Part shown: positions 24,109 to 32,000 of the stretch, one piece after another | Layout of the letters: each line of letters begins with the position of its first letter | How positions within the stretch are numbered: position 1 is the stretch's first letter | From: Candidatus Saccharimonadota bacterium | GTDB taxonomy: Archaea; Nanohalarchaeota; Nanosalinia; Nanosalinales; Nanosalinaceae | DNA length: 32,000 bases | Direction: 5' to 3' | NCBI RefSeq assembly: GCF_029232205.1 | Contig: NZ_CP107255.1 | Span: 750,001 to 782,000, forward strand | The notes under the pieces: generated by a model | The model's database searches: none | Told to the model about the DNA's origin: nothing | What the model saw: only the letters and a program-made list of their open reading frames with translations | Made by a program: the position numbers and the translations under genes

Positions 24109-25463
24109 TTATGGATCACGTGTAGTTTTTCGGCCAAGTAATTTAACCATTTATCGTCTTCGAGGACTGGCTCGGTGAATACTGCCTCCTCCATTTTCTC
24201 AGCTACGTAGTTTGGAACTCCTTCCTCTTTCAGTTTTTCTCTGTCTCTTGATACGAATTCTTTGAGAAGTGTTCTTGCATCGGTGTATTCTCTCTCGGTT
24301 TTTGCGATAAGCCTGTCTCCCTGCACGAACGTGTTTTCGTATTTCGATGTGAACTGCTCCATGTGGTCTTTTCCGTGGAATACTCGTGGGCCTTTGAGTT
24401 CTTCGATTGCTGGGAGGTGCTGGCTGAGCTCGAAGAATATTCTTGTATTCTCCTCTCCAACGTGGAAACCTGATTCAAACAGTCTGAAGTCATTCTTTGT
24501 CAGTACTGACTCCATTCTGGAGAGCGTCTTCCTCATCTGAGGATAGACCACATCGTCCACTTCGTCAGGACTATCGAACTCTATGACCAGAAAGTCTCCT
24601 CTATCCTTTATCTCTTTTTCAAGCTCGAATCTCTCATACTCAGGATCTTCTTCCCGGAAAAAGTCAATTCCAGGTTTCTTGTTGAATCTCCAGGCCTGAT
24701 GAATAAATTCTGCGTAGTTCTGAGTAGAGAGTACTGAGGCCACATTTCTCTCAGGATCCACTGGATCAATTACTACAAGGTTATCGTTCGAGAACTTGTT
24801 CTTTAATTCCTGTGGAAGGCCTTCTTCGTGATAGTTTTCTAGATCGAGGACTTTTTCCTGAGTCCAGTCCTCCACATCCTCTATAAGTTCTCTGAAGCTG
24901 CCGTATTCTGCTACAAGTATTTCACAGAGGTAGCCTGAGAAACCTCTGTTTTTCAGTGATGATCCGTAAAGGCCTCTTTTCTTGAGGAATTTTTTGAGTA
25001 GTACAGCGTCTTTTTTCTGTTCTTCGTCAAGATTTTCTCGGGCCCATCTGGAGTGGTGTGGTGTTCTGTCGACTGCGCTTCTGATGTCTTCCGGGCTTGT
25101 GTCGAAGCATGGAACTATTTCTACCTCTACTCCCTCTATATGGCCTTTGCTGTATGGGTGTTCGGCGTATTCGACGTGGTAGTCGGCGTTGAAGTTCTGG
25201 AATGTTTTCTTTCCTATTTCCAGGCCTTTATTCTCAAGTTCTATTCTTTCAGTGGTTTCAGGGAAAAGCACGAAGAGATCGATGTCTTTGTCTCCGGCCA
25301 TGCAGGTTTTTCTTCCTGCTGACCCTGCGAAATGTGTTTCAAGGCCGTATTCTTCCTCTATGTATTCGGAGATTTTATCGTAGAGGCCCTGTATTTTCTC
25401 GAATTCTTCTTCTGTCGGATATATTTCTTCCAGTACTTTTTCTCTTAGCCTTTCCCAGTTCAT
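24105..25463 (-). CDS. cca: CCA-adding enzyme (class I tRNA nucleotidyltransferase)
   Basis: 452 aa. GSAGRKTCMAGDKDIDLFVLF is the catalytic motif. Its presence is consistent with the tRNA-Lys gene lacking an encoded CCA. Confidence 0.92.
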   Translation of the reverse strand: MNWERLREKVLEEIYPTEEEFEKIQGLYDKISEYIEEEYGLETHFAGSAGRKTCMAGDKDIDLFVLFPETTERIELENKGLEIGKKTFQNFNADYHVEYAEHPYSKGHIEGVEVEIVPCFDTSPEDIRSAVDRTPHHSRWARENLDEEQKKDAVLLKKFLKKRGLYGSSLKNRGFSGYLCEILVAEYGSFRELIEDVEDWTQEKVLDLENYHEEGLPQELKNKFSNDNLVVIDPVDPERNVASVLSTQNYAEFIHQAWRFNKKPGIDFFREEDPEYERFELEKEIKDRGDFLVIEFDSPDEVDDVVYPQMRKTLSRMESVLTKNDFRLFESGFHVGEENTRIFFELSQHLPAIEELKGPRVFHGKDHMEQFTSKYENTFVQGDRLIAKTEREYTDARTLLKEFVSRDREKLKEEGVPNYVAEKMEEAVFTEPVLEDDKWLNYLAEKLHVIHK

Positions 25464-25518
25464 ATTTAGTGTTTGAGTGGTGGAGAAGTTTTAATCTTTC
25501 CAGCGGCCAGTTACAGTT

Positions 25519-25869
25519 ATGCAGCTGAATTTCGTGAATATCTCAGTTCAGGACATGGATAGAGCTGTCAAGTTTTACACCAAGTTGTTTCAGAAGGATC
25601 CTGTTACTGAGTCTGAGAGGCTTGTAGAGTTTGAGTTTGATGGTGTAAAGATTGGGCTTCACAGTGCTGAGGCCGATGTTACTGACAGAGAAGTTTCTTA
25701 TGGCGATAACTGTTTTCCTGGCTTTCGTGTTGAGGACCTTGATGAGGAAAAAGATAGGGTTTCAGAGTTTGCTGAAATAGTTTCTGAGAACAGTGTTGGA
25801 GGCCATAGATGGATTACGGTGAGGGATTCTGAAGGTAATACTCTGGAGTTGTATGATGGCCATCTATAG
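25519..25869 (+). CDS. glyoxalase/bleomycin-resistance (VOC) family protein
   Basis: 116 aa. FVNISVQDMDRAVKFYTKLF ... VRDSEGNTLELY is the VOC pattern. Confidence 0.7.
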   Translation: MQLNFVNISVQDMDRAVKFYTKLFQKDPVTESERLVEFEFDGVKIGLHSAEADVTDREVSYGDNCFPGFRVEDLDEEKDRVSEFAEIVSENSVGGHRWITVRDSEGNTLELYDGHL

Positions 25870-25925
25870 TTTTTGTATGAAAGAATTCTGTGTTGATATG
25901 TAAAATGAGAGAGAAGTGTGGAGGT

Positions 25926-26309
25926 CTAGTTTGCTAGACCTTTTACGAGTTTGCGGTCTGCGATGACCCAGAACTCGATTTCGTCTCCTTCTCCTGCGTC
26001 GAGGTCTTCTGGAAGTTCCATTTCCTCTGTCTCGTAGGTGTCCATGTCCATTACCTGGGCAATGGTTCCTTCCTGTGAGACGATCTGACCGACTTTCTTG
26101 TCGACGTCAGGACTCATTAGCATTGCGTCTCCTGGCTTGGTGACGTGTCTGTCTTTTCCGTCGAATACTCCACGGGCCTTGATCTTACATTTTGCGGATC
26201 CGTGTTTTCCTGGGCTGGATTTGCTCATGCTTCTTACTTCGCATGGCTCGTCGTCCAGCATGATGTATGTTCCGCTGTTTACTTTGGATGCTTCAACTTG
26301 TCGCGGCAT
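25926..26309 (-). CDS. translation initiation factor 5A (aIF5A)
   Basis: The hypusine loop SKSSPGKHGSAK is present, with a C-terminal OB domain. Confidence 0.93.
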   Translation of the reverse strand: MPRQVEASKVNSGTYIMLDDEPCEVRSMSKSSPGKHGSAKCKIKARGVFDGKDRHVTKPGDAMLMSPDVDKKVGQIVSQEGTIAQVMDMDTYETEEMELPEDLDAGEGDEIEFWVIADRKLVKGLAN

Positions 26310-26314
26310 TTAGA

Positions 26315-26512
26315 TCACTTTGTAGCCAGTTCAATGTCTTCTTTCTTGATGGTGTTTCTTCCTGCGTGGTCTGCTACTTCTGTAGCGTCGGATGCAATTT
26401 CTGATCCTAGTTCTTCAAGAGCACTTCGTAGTTCTTCGACTGCGTCTTCTGAAACTCTTTCTGCTCCTGCCTTTCTGATTATTCGTTCAACTGGTGCATT
26501 TGGTAGACTCAT
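26315..26512 (-). CDS. archaeal histone (HMf family)
   Basis: 65 aa. [22 protein letters not shown] ... [15 protein letters not shown] is the histone fold. Confidence 0.92.
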   Translation of the reverse strand: MSLPNAPVERIIRKAGAERVSEDAVEELRSALEELGSEIASDATEVADHAGRNTIKKEDIELATK

Positions 26513-26576
26513 TGTTAATCACACGTAAGTCATGTCAAAATATTTTTTAATAAGGATAGGTCTTTCAGACTTTTCT

Positions 26577-27023
26577 ATGGTAGTAGTGGACGCCAATGTA
26601 ATCATCCATGGCCGTGCAGATCAAAGGTTCAGTCAGGCCTTTACAGTACCGGAAGTGCTTGAAGAGATGAAGAGCAGTGAGGCCAGTATGAAGGCAGATC
26701 TGCTTGATTTGCAGGTTCAGCGGCCTGACAGCGAGATATTTGAGCAGGTTCAGTCGAAGTCTGAGGAGATTGGTGCTGCTACTTCGGAAACCGATGAGAA
26801 ACTTCTGGCCCTGGCGTTAACCAGAAAAGATTCTCTAGTGACTGATGACAAGGATTTGCAGAATCTGGGCCTTCATCTAGAAGCCGAGGTTGAAGGTTTT
26901 CTTGAGGACCGTATTGAGAAGAAGCTTCAGTGGATTTCTGTATGCAGTAACTGCGGCCGGGAAGTATCTACTCCTCCATGTCCACGTTGTGGATCCCAGC
27001 AGGTTCGTCGGAAACTAGATTAG
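26577..27023 (+). CDS. nob1: Nob1-like endonuclease (PIN domain plus zinc ribbon)
   Basis: VVVDANVIIHG and LVTDDKDLQN are PIN acidic motifs, and CSNCG...CPRCG is the zinc ribbon. The ATG at 26577 is preferred over the one at 26532. Confidence 0.75.
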   Translation: MVVVDANVIIHGRADQRFSQAFTVPEVLEEMKSSEASMKADLLDLQVQRPDSEIFEQVQSKSEEIGAATSETDEKLLALALTRKDSLVTDDKDLQNLGLHLEAEVEGFLEDRIEKKLQWISVCSNCGREVSTPPCPRCGSQQVRRKLD

Positions 27024-28032
27024 CGTAGTCCATAACGAATTCTTTTGTAAGAATCAGTAGTAGAGGACCGATAATCAATCCTTTGAGGCCGAGTACGAGT
27101 GGTCCTGCGAGGAATCCGAGGAATACTACCAGTGGGTGTTCTTCCATCTGTTTTGATCCGATGTATGGCCTTAGGAAGATTTCTGTCATTACATTGAGCG
27201 CTATTATTCCGAATACAATTATCAGGGATCCTTTGAATGGCTGGCCTATCATTATGTAGTATCCTCCTAGAGGTACGTAGAACATGAATGCTGCGACCAG
27301 AGGAAGTAGTGCTGCTACTGCCACCAGGAAGGCCCATAGCGGGATTAGCGGTATTGGGGATGTTATGAGTGCGATGAGGTAGAGGCCTATTGCTGTTGAG
27401 ATTCCGAGAATGACTGCTACGATTATCTGTGTCATGAAAACTCCTCGGAAGATTTTATCGACTGAGTGAATCAGCGATCGGAGAATCTTTTCCTCAGGTC
27501 TTGGCATCTCGTCTAGAAGGCCTTTGATCTGGCTGCTTAGTTTGGCTCTGTCTCTGTATAGGAATAGTGCTGTTACGAAGAATATACCTAGATCGATTAG
27601 AAGTGAGGGTGCTGATACGAACATTTGGATGAGCTGGTTGGTTACTTCGCTTGACATCTGGTCGATGAACTGTTGCAGGTTCTGCTGGAAAGATGGCGAT
27701 AAGTTCAGGAACATCACCAGGTTGGATACAAGGTCGCTTAACTGGCCTGAGAACTCCTCAACTTCCGAGAGTATGGTGAAGAAGTTGTTGAGGAAGAGAT
27801 AAAGGCTCATTGATATTATTGATATGACAGCTGAGATCACAGTAACTGAGGATAGAATATCATTCTTCAGATAGCTGTTTACCCAGTCGTGTGCGAATTT
27901 CAACAGGTATGATACAACTACAGCCATCAGTATCGAGTCAAGAAACGGGTACAGGATAAAGAAGCTGCCTAAGACAAGGAGGCCGGCAACTACAAGTGTT
28001 TCTCTCTGGGTTCTCAGCTTTTCCTCATCCAT
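26968..28032 (-). CDS. AI-2E family (PerM/UPF0118) transporter
   Basis: 354 aa with about 8 TM helices. The conserved C-terminal region is LRPYIGSKQMEEHPLVVFLGFLAGPLVLGLKGLIIGPLLL. Confidence 0.75.
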   Translation of the reverse strand: MDEEKLRTQRETLVVAGLLVLGSFFILYPFLDSILMAVVVSYLLKFAHDWVNSYLKNDILSSVTVISAVISIISMSLYLFLNNFFTILSEVEEFSGQLSDLVSNLVMFLNLSPSFQQNLQQFIDQMSSEVTNQLIQMFVSAPSLLIDLGIFFVTALFLYRDRAKLSSQIKGLLDEMPRPEEKILRSLIHSVDKIFRGVFMTQIIVAVILGISTAIGLYLIALITSPIPLIPLWAFLVAVAALLPLVAAFMFYVPLGGYYIMIGQPFKGSLIIVFGIIALNVMTEIFLRPYIGSKQMEEHPLVVFLGFLAGPLVLGLKGLIIGPLLLILTKEFVMDYANLVSDEPAGIHNVDMEE

Positions 28033-28173
28033 GTTAAGGGTATGACAGAAAGACCGTTAAATTATCTATCCCTCAAAGAAACAACTCTGTTACTACTGAA
28101 GCATAAAACATAAGAGGCTAAGATATTTAAAATTTGGCCTTCCTTTAGGCCTTGTTTAGGTGTAAAATAAAAA

Positions 28174-29244
28174 ATGACTGAAGATGGTAACATTCCGCGA
28201 AGACAGTTTGATAATTATGAAGTCCCAGAAGAATGGGAGGAAGATGAAGAAACAGAAGAACAGGAAGGAGAAGAAGCCCCTGATGAAGACGCAGAGGGAT
28301 ATGAAGTCGTCCAGGAAGAAGCAGAGGAAGGCGAAACAGTACTTACATGTCCAGAATGTGATTCTCAGAGATTCGAGGAAGACTCCTCAAAAGGAGAGCT
28401 TATCTGTATCGAATGTGGTTTCGTAATCGACGAAGACCGTATCGACGAATCCGCAGAATGGAGAGCATTCAACGCAGAAGAAAAAGAGAAAAAGGCCCGA
28501 GCAGGCCAGCCACTAACGTACACAAAGCACGACATGGGAGTATCCACAGAAATTGGAAAAGGAAGTGGAGAACTCTACAAAGTCTCAGGCAACAAAAGAG
28601 CACAGTACTACAGACTCAGAAAATGGCACAAGAGACTGACCAAGTCAAAGGACCGCAACCTCGGATTTGCACTATCCGAACTGAACTCGATGATCTCCAA
28701 CTTGAACCTGCCTGAATCAGTCCACGAAGAGACAGCCAGACTATACGAGAAAGCTGTCGACCAGGGACTGGTCAGAGGACGTTCCATGGAGTCCATCATC
28801 TCTGCAATCATCTACATTGTAGCAAGAAAGCAGGGAACTCCAAGAACTCTTGACGAGATCTCAGATGCCTCCGGAATCGAGAAAAGAGAGATCGGACGCG
28901 CATACAGATACGTCGCAAGAGAACTAGGCCTCAGAATCCTGCCAGCAAAGCCTCAGGACTACGTACCAAGATTCGCCGGTAAACTCCAGCTATCAGGAGA
29001 AGTCCAGGCCCGAGCACGTAACATCCTGAAAGAAGCAAGAGAAAGAGACCTCCTCTCAGGAAAAGGCCCTACAGGCCTCGCCGCTGCAGCACTTTACATC
29101 GCAGCAGTACTTGAAGGAGAGAAGAGAACACAGAGAGAAGTAGCAGACGTAGTAGGAGTAACAGAAGTCACAATCAGGAACCGCTACAAAGAACTAGCAG
29201 AGAAACTAGGCCTCGAGGAAGAGCTCGAAGAGAAATCCAACTAA
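28174..29244 (+). CDS. tfb: transcription initiation factor IIB (TFB) with an approximately 55-aa acidic N-terminal extension
   Basis: The zinc ribbon is CPECDS...CIECG, followed by a B-finger/linker and two cyclin repeats. TATA ATATTTAAAA lies at about 28122-28131, and a TAGGTG SD lies upstream of the ATG. Confidence 0.96.
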   Translation: MTEDGNIPRRQFDNYEVPEEWEEDEETEEQEGEEAPDEDAEGYEVVQEEAEEGETVLTCPECDSQRFEEDSSKGELICIECGFVIDEDRIDESAEWRAFNAEEKEKKARAGQPLTYTKHDMGVSTEIGKGSGELYKVSGNKRAQYYRLRKWHKRLTKSKDRNLGFALSELNSMISNLNLPESVHEETARLYEKAVDQGLVRGRSMESIISAIIYIVARKQGTPRTLDEISDASGIEKREIGRAYRYVARELGLRILPAKPQDYVPRFAGKLQLSGEVQARARNILKEARERDLLSGKGPTGLAAAALYIAAVLEGEKRTQREVADVVGVTEVTIRNRYKELAEKLGLEEELEEKSN

Positions 29245-29289
29245 AGGCCTTTCTCTCACCACATTTTTCTTTTTCTCATATTAGCTATC

Positions 29290-29727
29290 TTAGTCCATCG
29301 TTGCTGGTTCTGTAACATCTGCATCAGCTGAAACATCAAGAGAATCATCTTCAACTGATTCTGTTTCCATGTAAGCTGGTAGGCTGAAAACGTCATAAGC
29401 TGGTTTCCAGACATCTGTAGCAAGATATCTTTGATCTTCAGCACCATCCACGCCTATCTCAACCATTACCTGTCTAGCGAGGACATCATCATTGTGCATA
29501 GTGGCTTTCCAGTAGTCCTGAGCATAACCATGATCAAGCTGAACTTGCATCGAAACCTCCGCCGTCTCTGCGCCGTTGAGAACTTCCTGAGCAGTTGCAT
29601 CTACTCCTAATTCTGAAAAAAGCTCATTAATTTGCTCTCTGTCCGCTCCCGCTACTTCATCACCGCCCTCTACTATTTCTGGCGGCGTAGATCGATTAGA
29701 GCCGTAACTACTATTTCTGTACTTCAT
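29290..29727 (-). CDS. hypothetical acidic protein (145 aa)
   Basis: ORF only. No family recognised. Confidence 0.45.
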   Translation of the reverse strand: MKYRNSSYGSNRSTPPEIVEGGDEVAGADREQINELFSELGVDATAQEVLNGAETAEVSMQVQLDHGYAQDYWKATMHNDDVLARQVMVEIGVDGAEDQRYLATDVWKPAYDVFSLPAYMETESVEDDSLDVSADADVTEPATMD

Positions 29728-29807
29728 TTACATTAAAACCTGCGGCCAGCCGATTTAAAAAACTTTGGGGACAACAAGTAAGCCGGCCTTAAATGCAAAG
29801 ATCATTC

Positions 29808-30890
29808 TTAATCTTTCATTGCAGAAATAACATCTTCTAAAGGCGCATCAGTTCTTATACCTGTAGGAGTGAAGTGCGTTCGGGATACAGGATATCCTTT
29901 CTCCCTCAAATTTTCTATGACATCCTCTCTTTTCGGCGCCATTAATCCAGTTGAGGAGGCCATTTTGTGAAGATCATAGAAAGGAGTCAGTATCTCGGCC
30001 TCAGAATCAAGCAACTCTACTATCTCCCGCGATTCCCAATCCTCTGGCATTTCTTCCAGCACTTCTGAGGTAAATCTCTGATCGGAAATTTTTCCAGTCC
30101 ATAGAGGGCCTGCAACCTTGACTTCTGCACCACAGTGGCCGCATTTATCGACTCTTTCCAGTTTTCTCCATCTACACTGCGGACAGAAGCTCATGTAGCC
30201 TATATTCTCCAGAGTTCTGTTTGCTCGGCTCTTTGACTCCGTAACTCTTCCCATCACTCTAGTATAGTGTCTTTCATGCCAGCAAATCTTTGGATCGAAG
30301 CATTTGTCGTAGCGAGCGAAGTTCTGGAAGGCCTCCTTAATGTAAATCCTGAGTCCTGTCTCATGCATCAACGCGTTCTTCATCGGAGTAGATCCGTATC
30401 TCCTCATGCAGGTCTTCTTGTAGCTTCCAGCAGGAACCGCGTTATCAGTTGCTGTCAGGCCTACAAAGCTCTGGTAGTTAGCTGCTCTGGCCGTGGAATC
30501 AAGGTAAGGTGTGAAAGGTCCGAAAGGATCTACATCTATAAGGTGGAAGAAGTTCCTGTTCTCTGAAAGAAAAACGTTGGCGTCGCTTTCAGAAACTTCG
30601 GCCTCAATGTCGTTTTCCTCGAGGCCTTTCTCTATACTTTCAATCGCTCTTGGATTAGTATCGTTTAGATGGATGTTGCCCTGGCCTGAGTACCTGAATC
30701 CTCGGATGCCCGAGGCTGCTAGCGCGTCGGCAATATTGAACTCTGGCACCTCTACTTTCTCTCTGAAAACCTTCAGTGCGGCCCACGAGATATCCCTGTT
30801 GTTCTTCATGTCTTTATTGTAGAACACACTGGAGTCTTTCCCCGGCTCTTCCTCTTCCGGCACGAAGATTTTCAGGCCTCTTTCTTCCAT
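29808..30890 (-). CDS. trm1: tRNA (guanine26-N2)-dimethyltransferase Trm1
   Basis: FYNKDMKNNRD, ALAASGIRGFRY, IDVDPFG and the zinc motif CPQC...CGHCG are all present. Confidence 0.92.
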   Translation of the reverse strand: MEERGLKIFVPEEEEPGKDSSVFYNKDMKNNRDISWAALKVFREKVEVPEFNIADALAASGIRGFRYSGQGNIHLNDTNPRAIESIEKGLEENDIEAEVSESDANVFLSENRNFFHLIDVDPFGPFTPYLDSTARAANYQSFVGLTATDNAVPAGSYKKTCMRRYGSTPMKNALMHETGLRIYIKEAFQNFARYDKCFDPKICWHERHYTRVMGRVTESKSRANRTLENIGYMSFCPQCRWRKLERVDKCGHCGAEVKVAGPLWTGKISDQRFTSEVLEEMPEDWESREIVELLDSEAEILTPFYDLHKMASSTGLMAPKREDVIENLREKGYPVSRTHFTPTGIRTDAPLEDVISAMKD

Positions 30891-31010
30891 GAAGAATAAT
30901 ATTCCAGAAACTATTTTTAAACCGCAAACCGCAGAGGCCCAACTCTTTTAAATAGAGGTCGGAGAAAAGCTCCTCGTTCCTTTTATAAACCTTTCAATGC
31001 TCATGTCTAC

Positions 31011-31343
31011 TTGCGGTGGTTTTTGTTGAGTAATGTAGTACAAGAAGTCAAAAAGGCAGAGAAAGACGCCAAATCCATAATCGAAGACGCGGAAGAAAGC
31101 CGCGAAGAAATTCTCTCCGATGCTAGAGAAGAAGCAGAGGACATAGTCGAAAGTAAGAAAGAGAACATGCAGGAGAGAAAGGAGAAGGAACTCAAGAAGT
31201 TCAGAAAAGAAATTGAAGAACAGAAAGACGATATTGTTGAGGAAGGAGAGACAGAAGCCACCGAGATCAAGAATCAGGCCAGCGAAAACACTGAGGAAGC
31301 AAAAGAATTCCTAGAACAGAAATTTGAAGAAGACTTCCTCTAG
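31011..31343 (+). CDS. atpH: A-type ATP synthase subunit H
   Basis: It is a charged helical protein (VVQEVKKAEKDAKSIIEDAEESREEILSDAREEAE) immediately upstream of atpI. The start is uncertain, TTG at 31011 or 31026. TATA TTTTATAAA lies at 30983-30991. Confidence 0.75.
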   Translation: MRWFLLSNVVQEVKKAEKDAKSIIEDAEESREEILSDAREEAEDIVESKKENMQERKEKELKKFRKEIEEQKDDIVEEGETEATEIKNQASENTEEAKEFLEQKFEEDFL

Positions 31344-32000
31344 GTGGTTAAAATAAAACCAACAGAAATGACCAAAATCTCCGTAACAGGGCCGAAGAAA
31401 TACCTGAAAGATGTTATAGATGAACTTCATTCTCTAAAAATTCTTGACATAGAGTCCTACGACGGAGATCTTGAGACCGGAGAACCTTTCGAAGAGGCCG
31501 AAGACCTTTCACAACTTCTAGTAGACATCAGATCACTTGAATCCAAACTACCTGAACTCGAAGAAGTTGAGGAAGAAGAACTGGATCTGGAGGAAATAGA
31601 GGAAAATATTCCGGAAATCTCATCCAAGATCGACAGACTAACCAGCAAAAAGGAAAGACTGAAGAGAAAAATCTCAGGCCTTAACGACGAAAAAAAGTTC
31701 TTCAAAAGAATAACAGGAACAGGCCTGACCTACGACGATCTTCAGGGATCAGAAAGACTTGAAGTATTCATCGGAGACCTGGACGCAGAAGCGCTAAAAG
31801 AAAAATCTTCCGGGAACTACGAACTACTGGAAGGCCGAAGCACAAACGTTGTAATATATGAGAAAGACTCTGGAATGAAACAAGTCCTGATGGATGTCCA
31901 AGAAAGAAGCTATGAACTTCCGGAAGGAGACTTCTCAGGCACACCTGAAGACATTGTAAACAATACTGAGGCCCGAAAAGAAGAATTCAAAAACGAGATA
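31344..32000 (+). CDS. atpI: A-type ATP synthase subunit I, N-terminal part (runs off the window)
   Basis: It is not in the ORF track because there is no stop before the window end. Manual translation from the GTG at 31344 (or the ATG at 31368) gives VKIKPTEMTKISVTGPKKYLKDVIDELHSLKILDIE..., the typical subunit I N-terminus. The frame stays open for 219 codons. Confidence 0.85.
   Translation, partial: MVKIKPTEMTKISVTGPKKYLKDVIDELHSLKILDIESYDGDLETGEPFEEAEDLSQLLVDIRSLESKLPELEEVEEEELDLEEIEENIPEISSKIDRLTSKKERLKRKISGLNDEKKFFKRITGTGLTYDDLQGSERLEVFIGDLDAEALKEKSSGNYELLEGRSTNVVIYEKDSGMKQVLMDVQERSYELPEGDFSGTPEDIVNNTEARKEEFKNEI

Noticed and set aside
31457-31705. 82-aa minus-strand Ser-rich ORF
   Set aside because: It is antisense to the atpI reading frame, which runs off the window and is therefore missing from the ORF track.
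1-32000. Idea that the AGGCCT excess reflects VSP-like repair of deaminated 5-methylcytosine, which would deplete AGGCTT/AAGCCT
   Set aside because: By eye, AGGCTT/AAGCCT occur at least 15 times, close to the composition expectation of about 15. The predicted depletion is not evident, so I kept this only as one hypothesis that needs exact counting.
1-32000. Search for CRISPR arrays, IS elements, integrases, prophage or defence-island genes, rRNA, and additional tRNAs or att-like duplicates of the tRNA-Lys 3' end
   Set aside because: I saw none. There are no spaced direct repeats, no transposase or integrase motifs in any ORF, and only one cloverleaf-forming sequence.

Overview
This is a compact (roughly 90% coding) archaeal chromosomal segment, about 45% GC by eye. 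The predicted proteome is strongly acidic, which points to a salt-in halophile. The small genes and low GC fit a nanohaloarchaeon or other DPANN-like lineage, but that is inference only. The content is almost entirely core information processing.

- **Replication and repair:** MCM, an RPA32-like OB/winged-helix protein, a single-OB SSB, ATP-dependent DNA ligase, endonuclease III.
- **Transcription and chromatin:** TBP, TFB, a TrmB-family regulator, an archaeal histone.
- **Translation and RNA:** ribosomal proteins S8e, L15e and a frame-broken L37e, an Sm protein, aIF2-beta, aIF5A, a DRG GTPase, RNase P subunits Rpp30 and Pop5, Nob1, the CCA-adding enzyme, Trm1, Elp3, an eRF1/Vms1-like factor, and one tRNA-Lys(UUU).
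- **Metabolism and membrane:** cytidine deaminase, a NUDIX hydrolase, adenylate kinase, PCD, a nitroreductase, SppA, an AI-2E transporter, and the start of the A-type ATPase operon (atpH, atpI).

I saw no rRNA, CRISPR array, transposase, integrase or recognisable defence genes. First genes of operons look leaderless, with a TATA box about 26 nt upstream of the start codon. Internal genes carry AGGTG-type Shine-Dalgarno sites.

The strongest unexplained signal is at the DNA level. The palindrome AGGCCT occurs about 72 times (manual count) against an expectation of about 6, in all codon phases and in spacers. Other points worth a second look are:

- a 1-nt frame break in rpl37e;
- a membrane-anchored Sm-like protein;
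- an eRF1-like protein with GGFSQS in place of GGQ;
- a ladder of TATA boxes upstream of tbp;
- a palindromic TATA box shared by two divergent leaderless genes;
- a voltage-sensor-only membrane protein;
- a low-GC basic orphan gene abutting elp3.

All counts and coordinates were derived by hand from the sequence and need computational confirmation.
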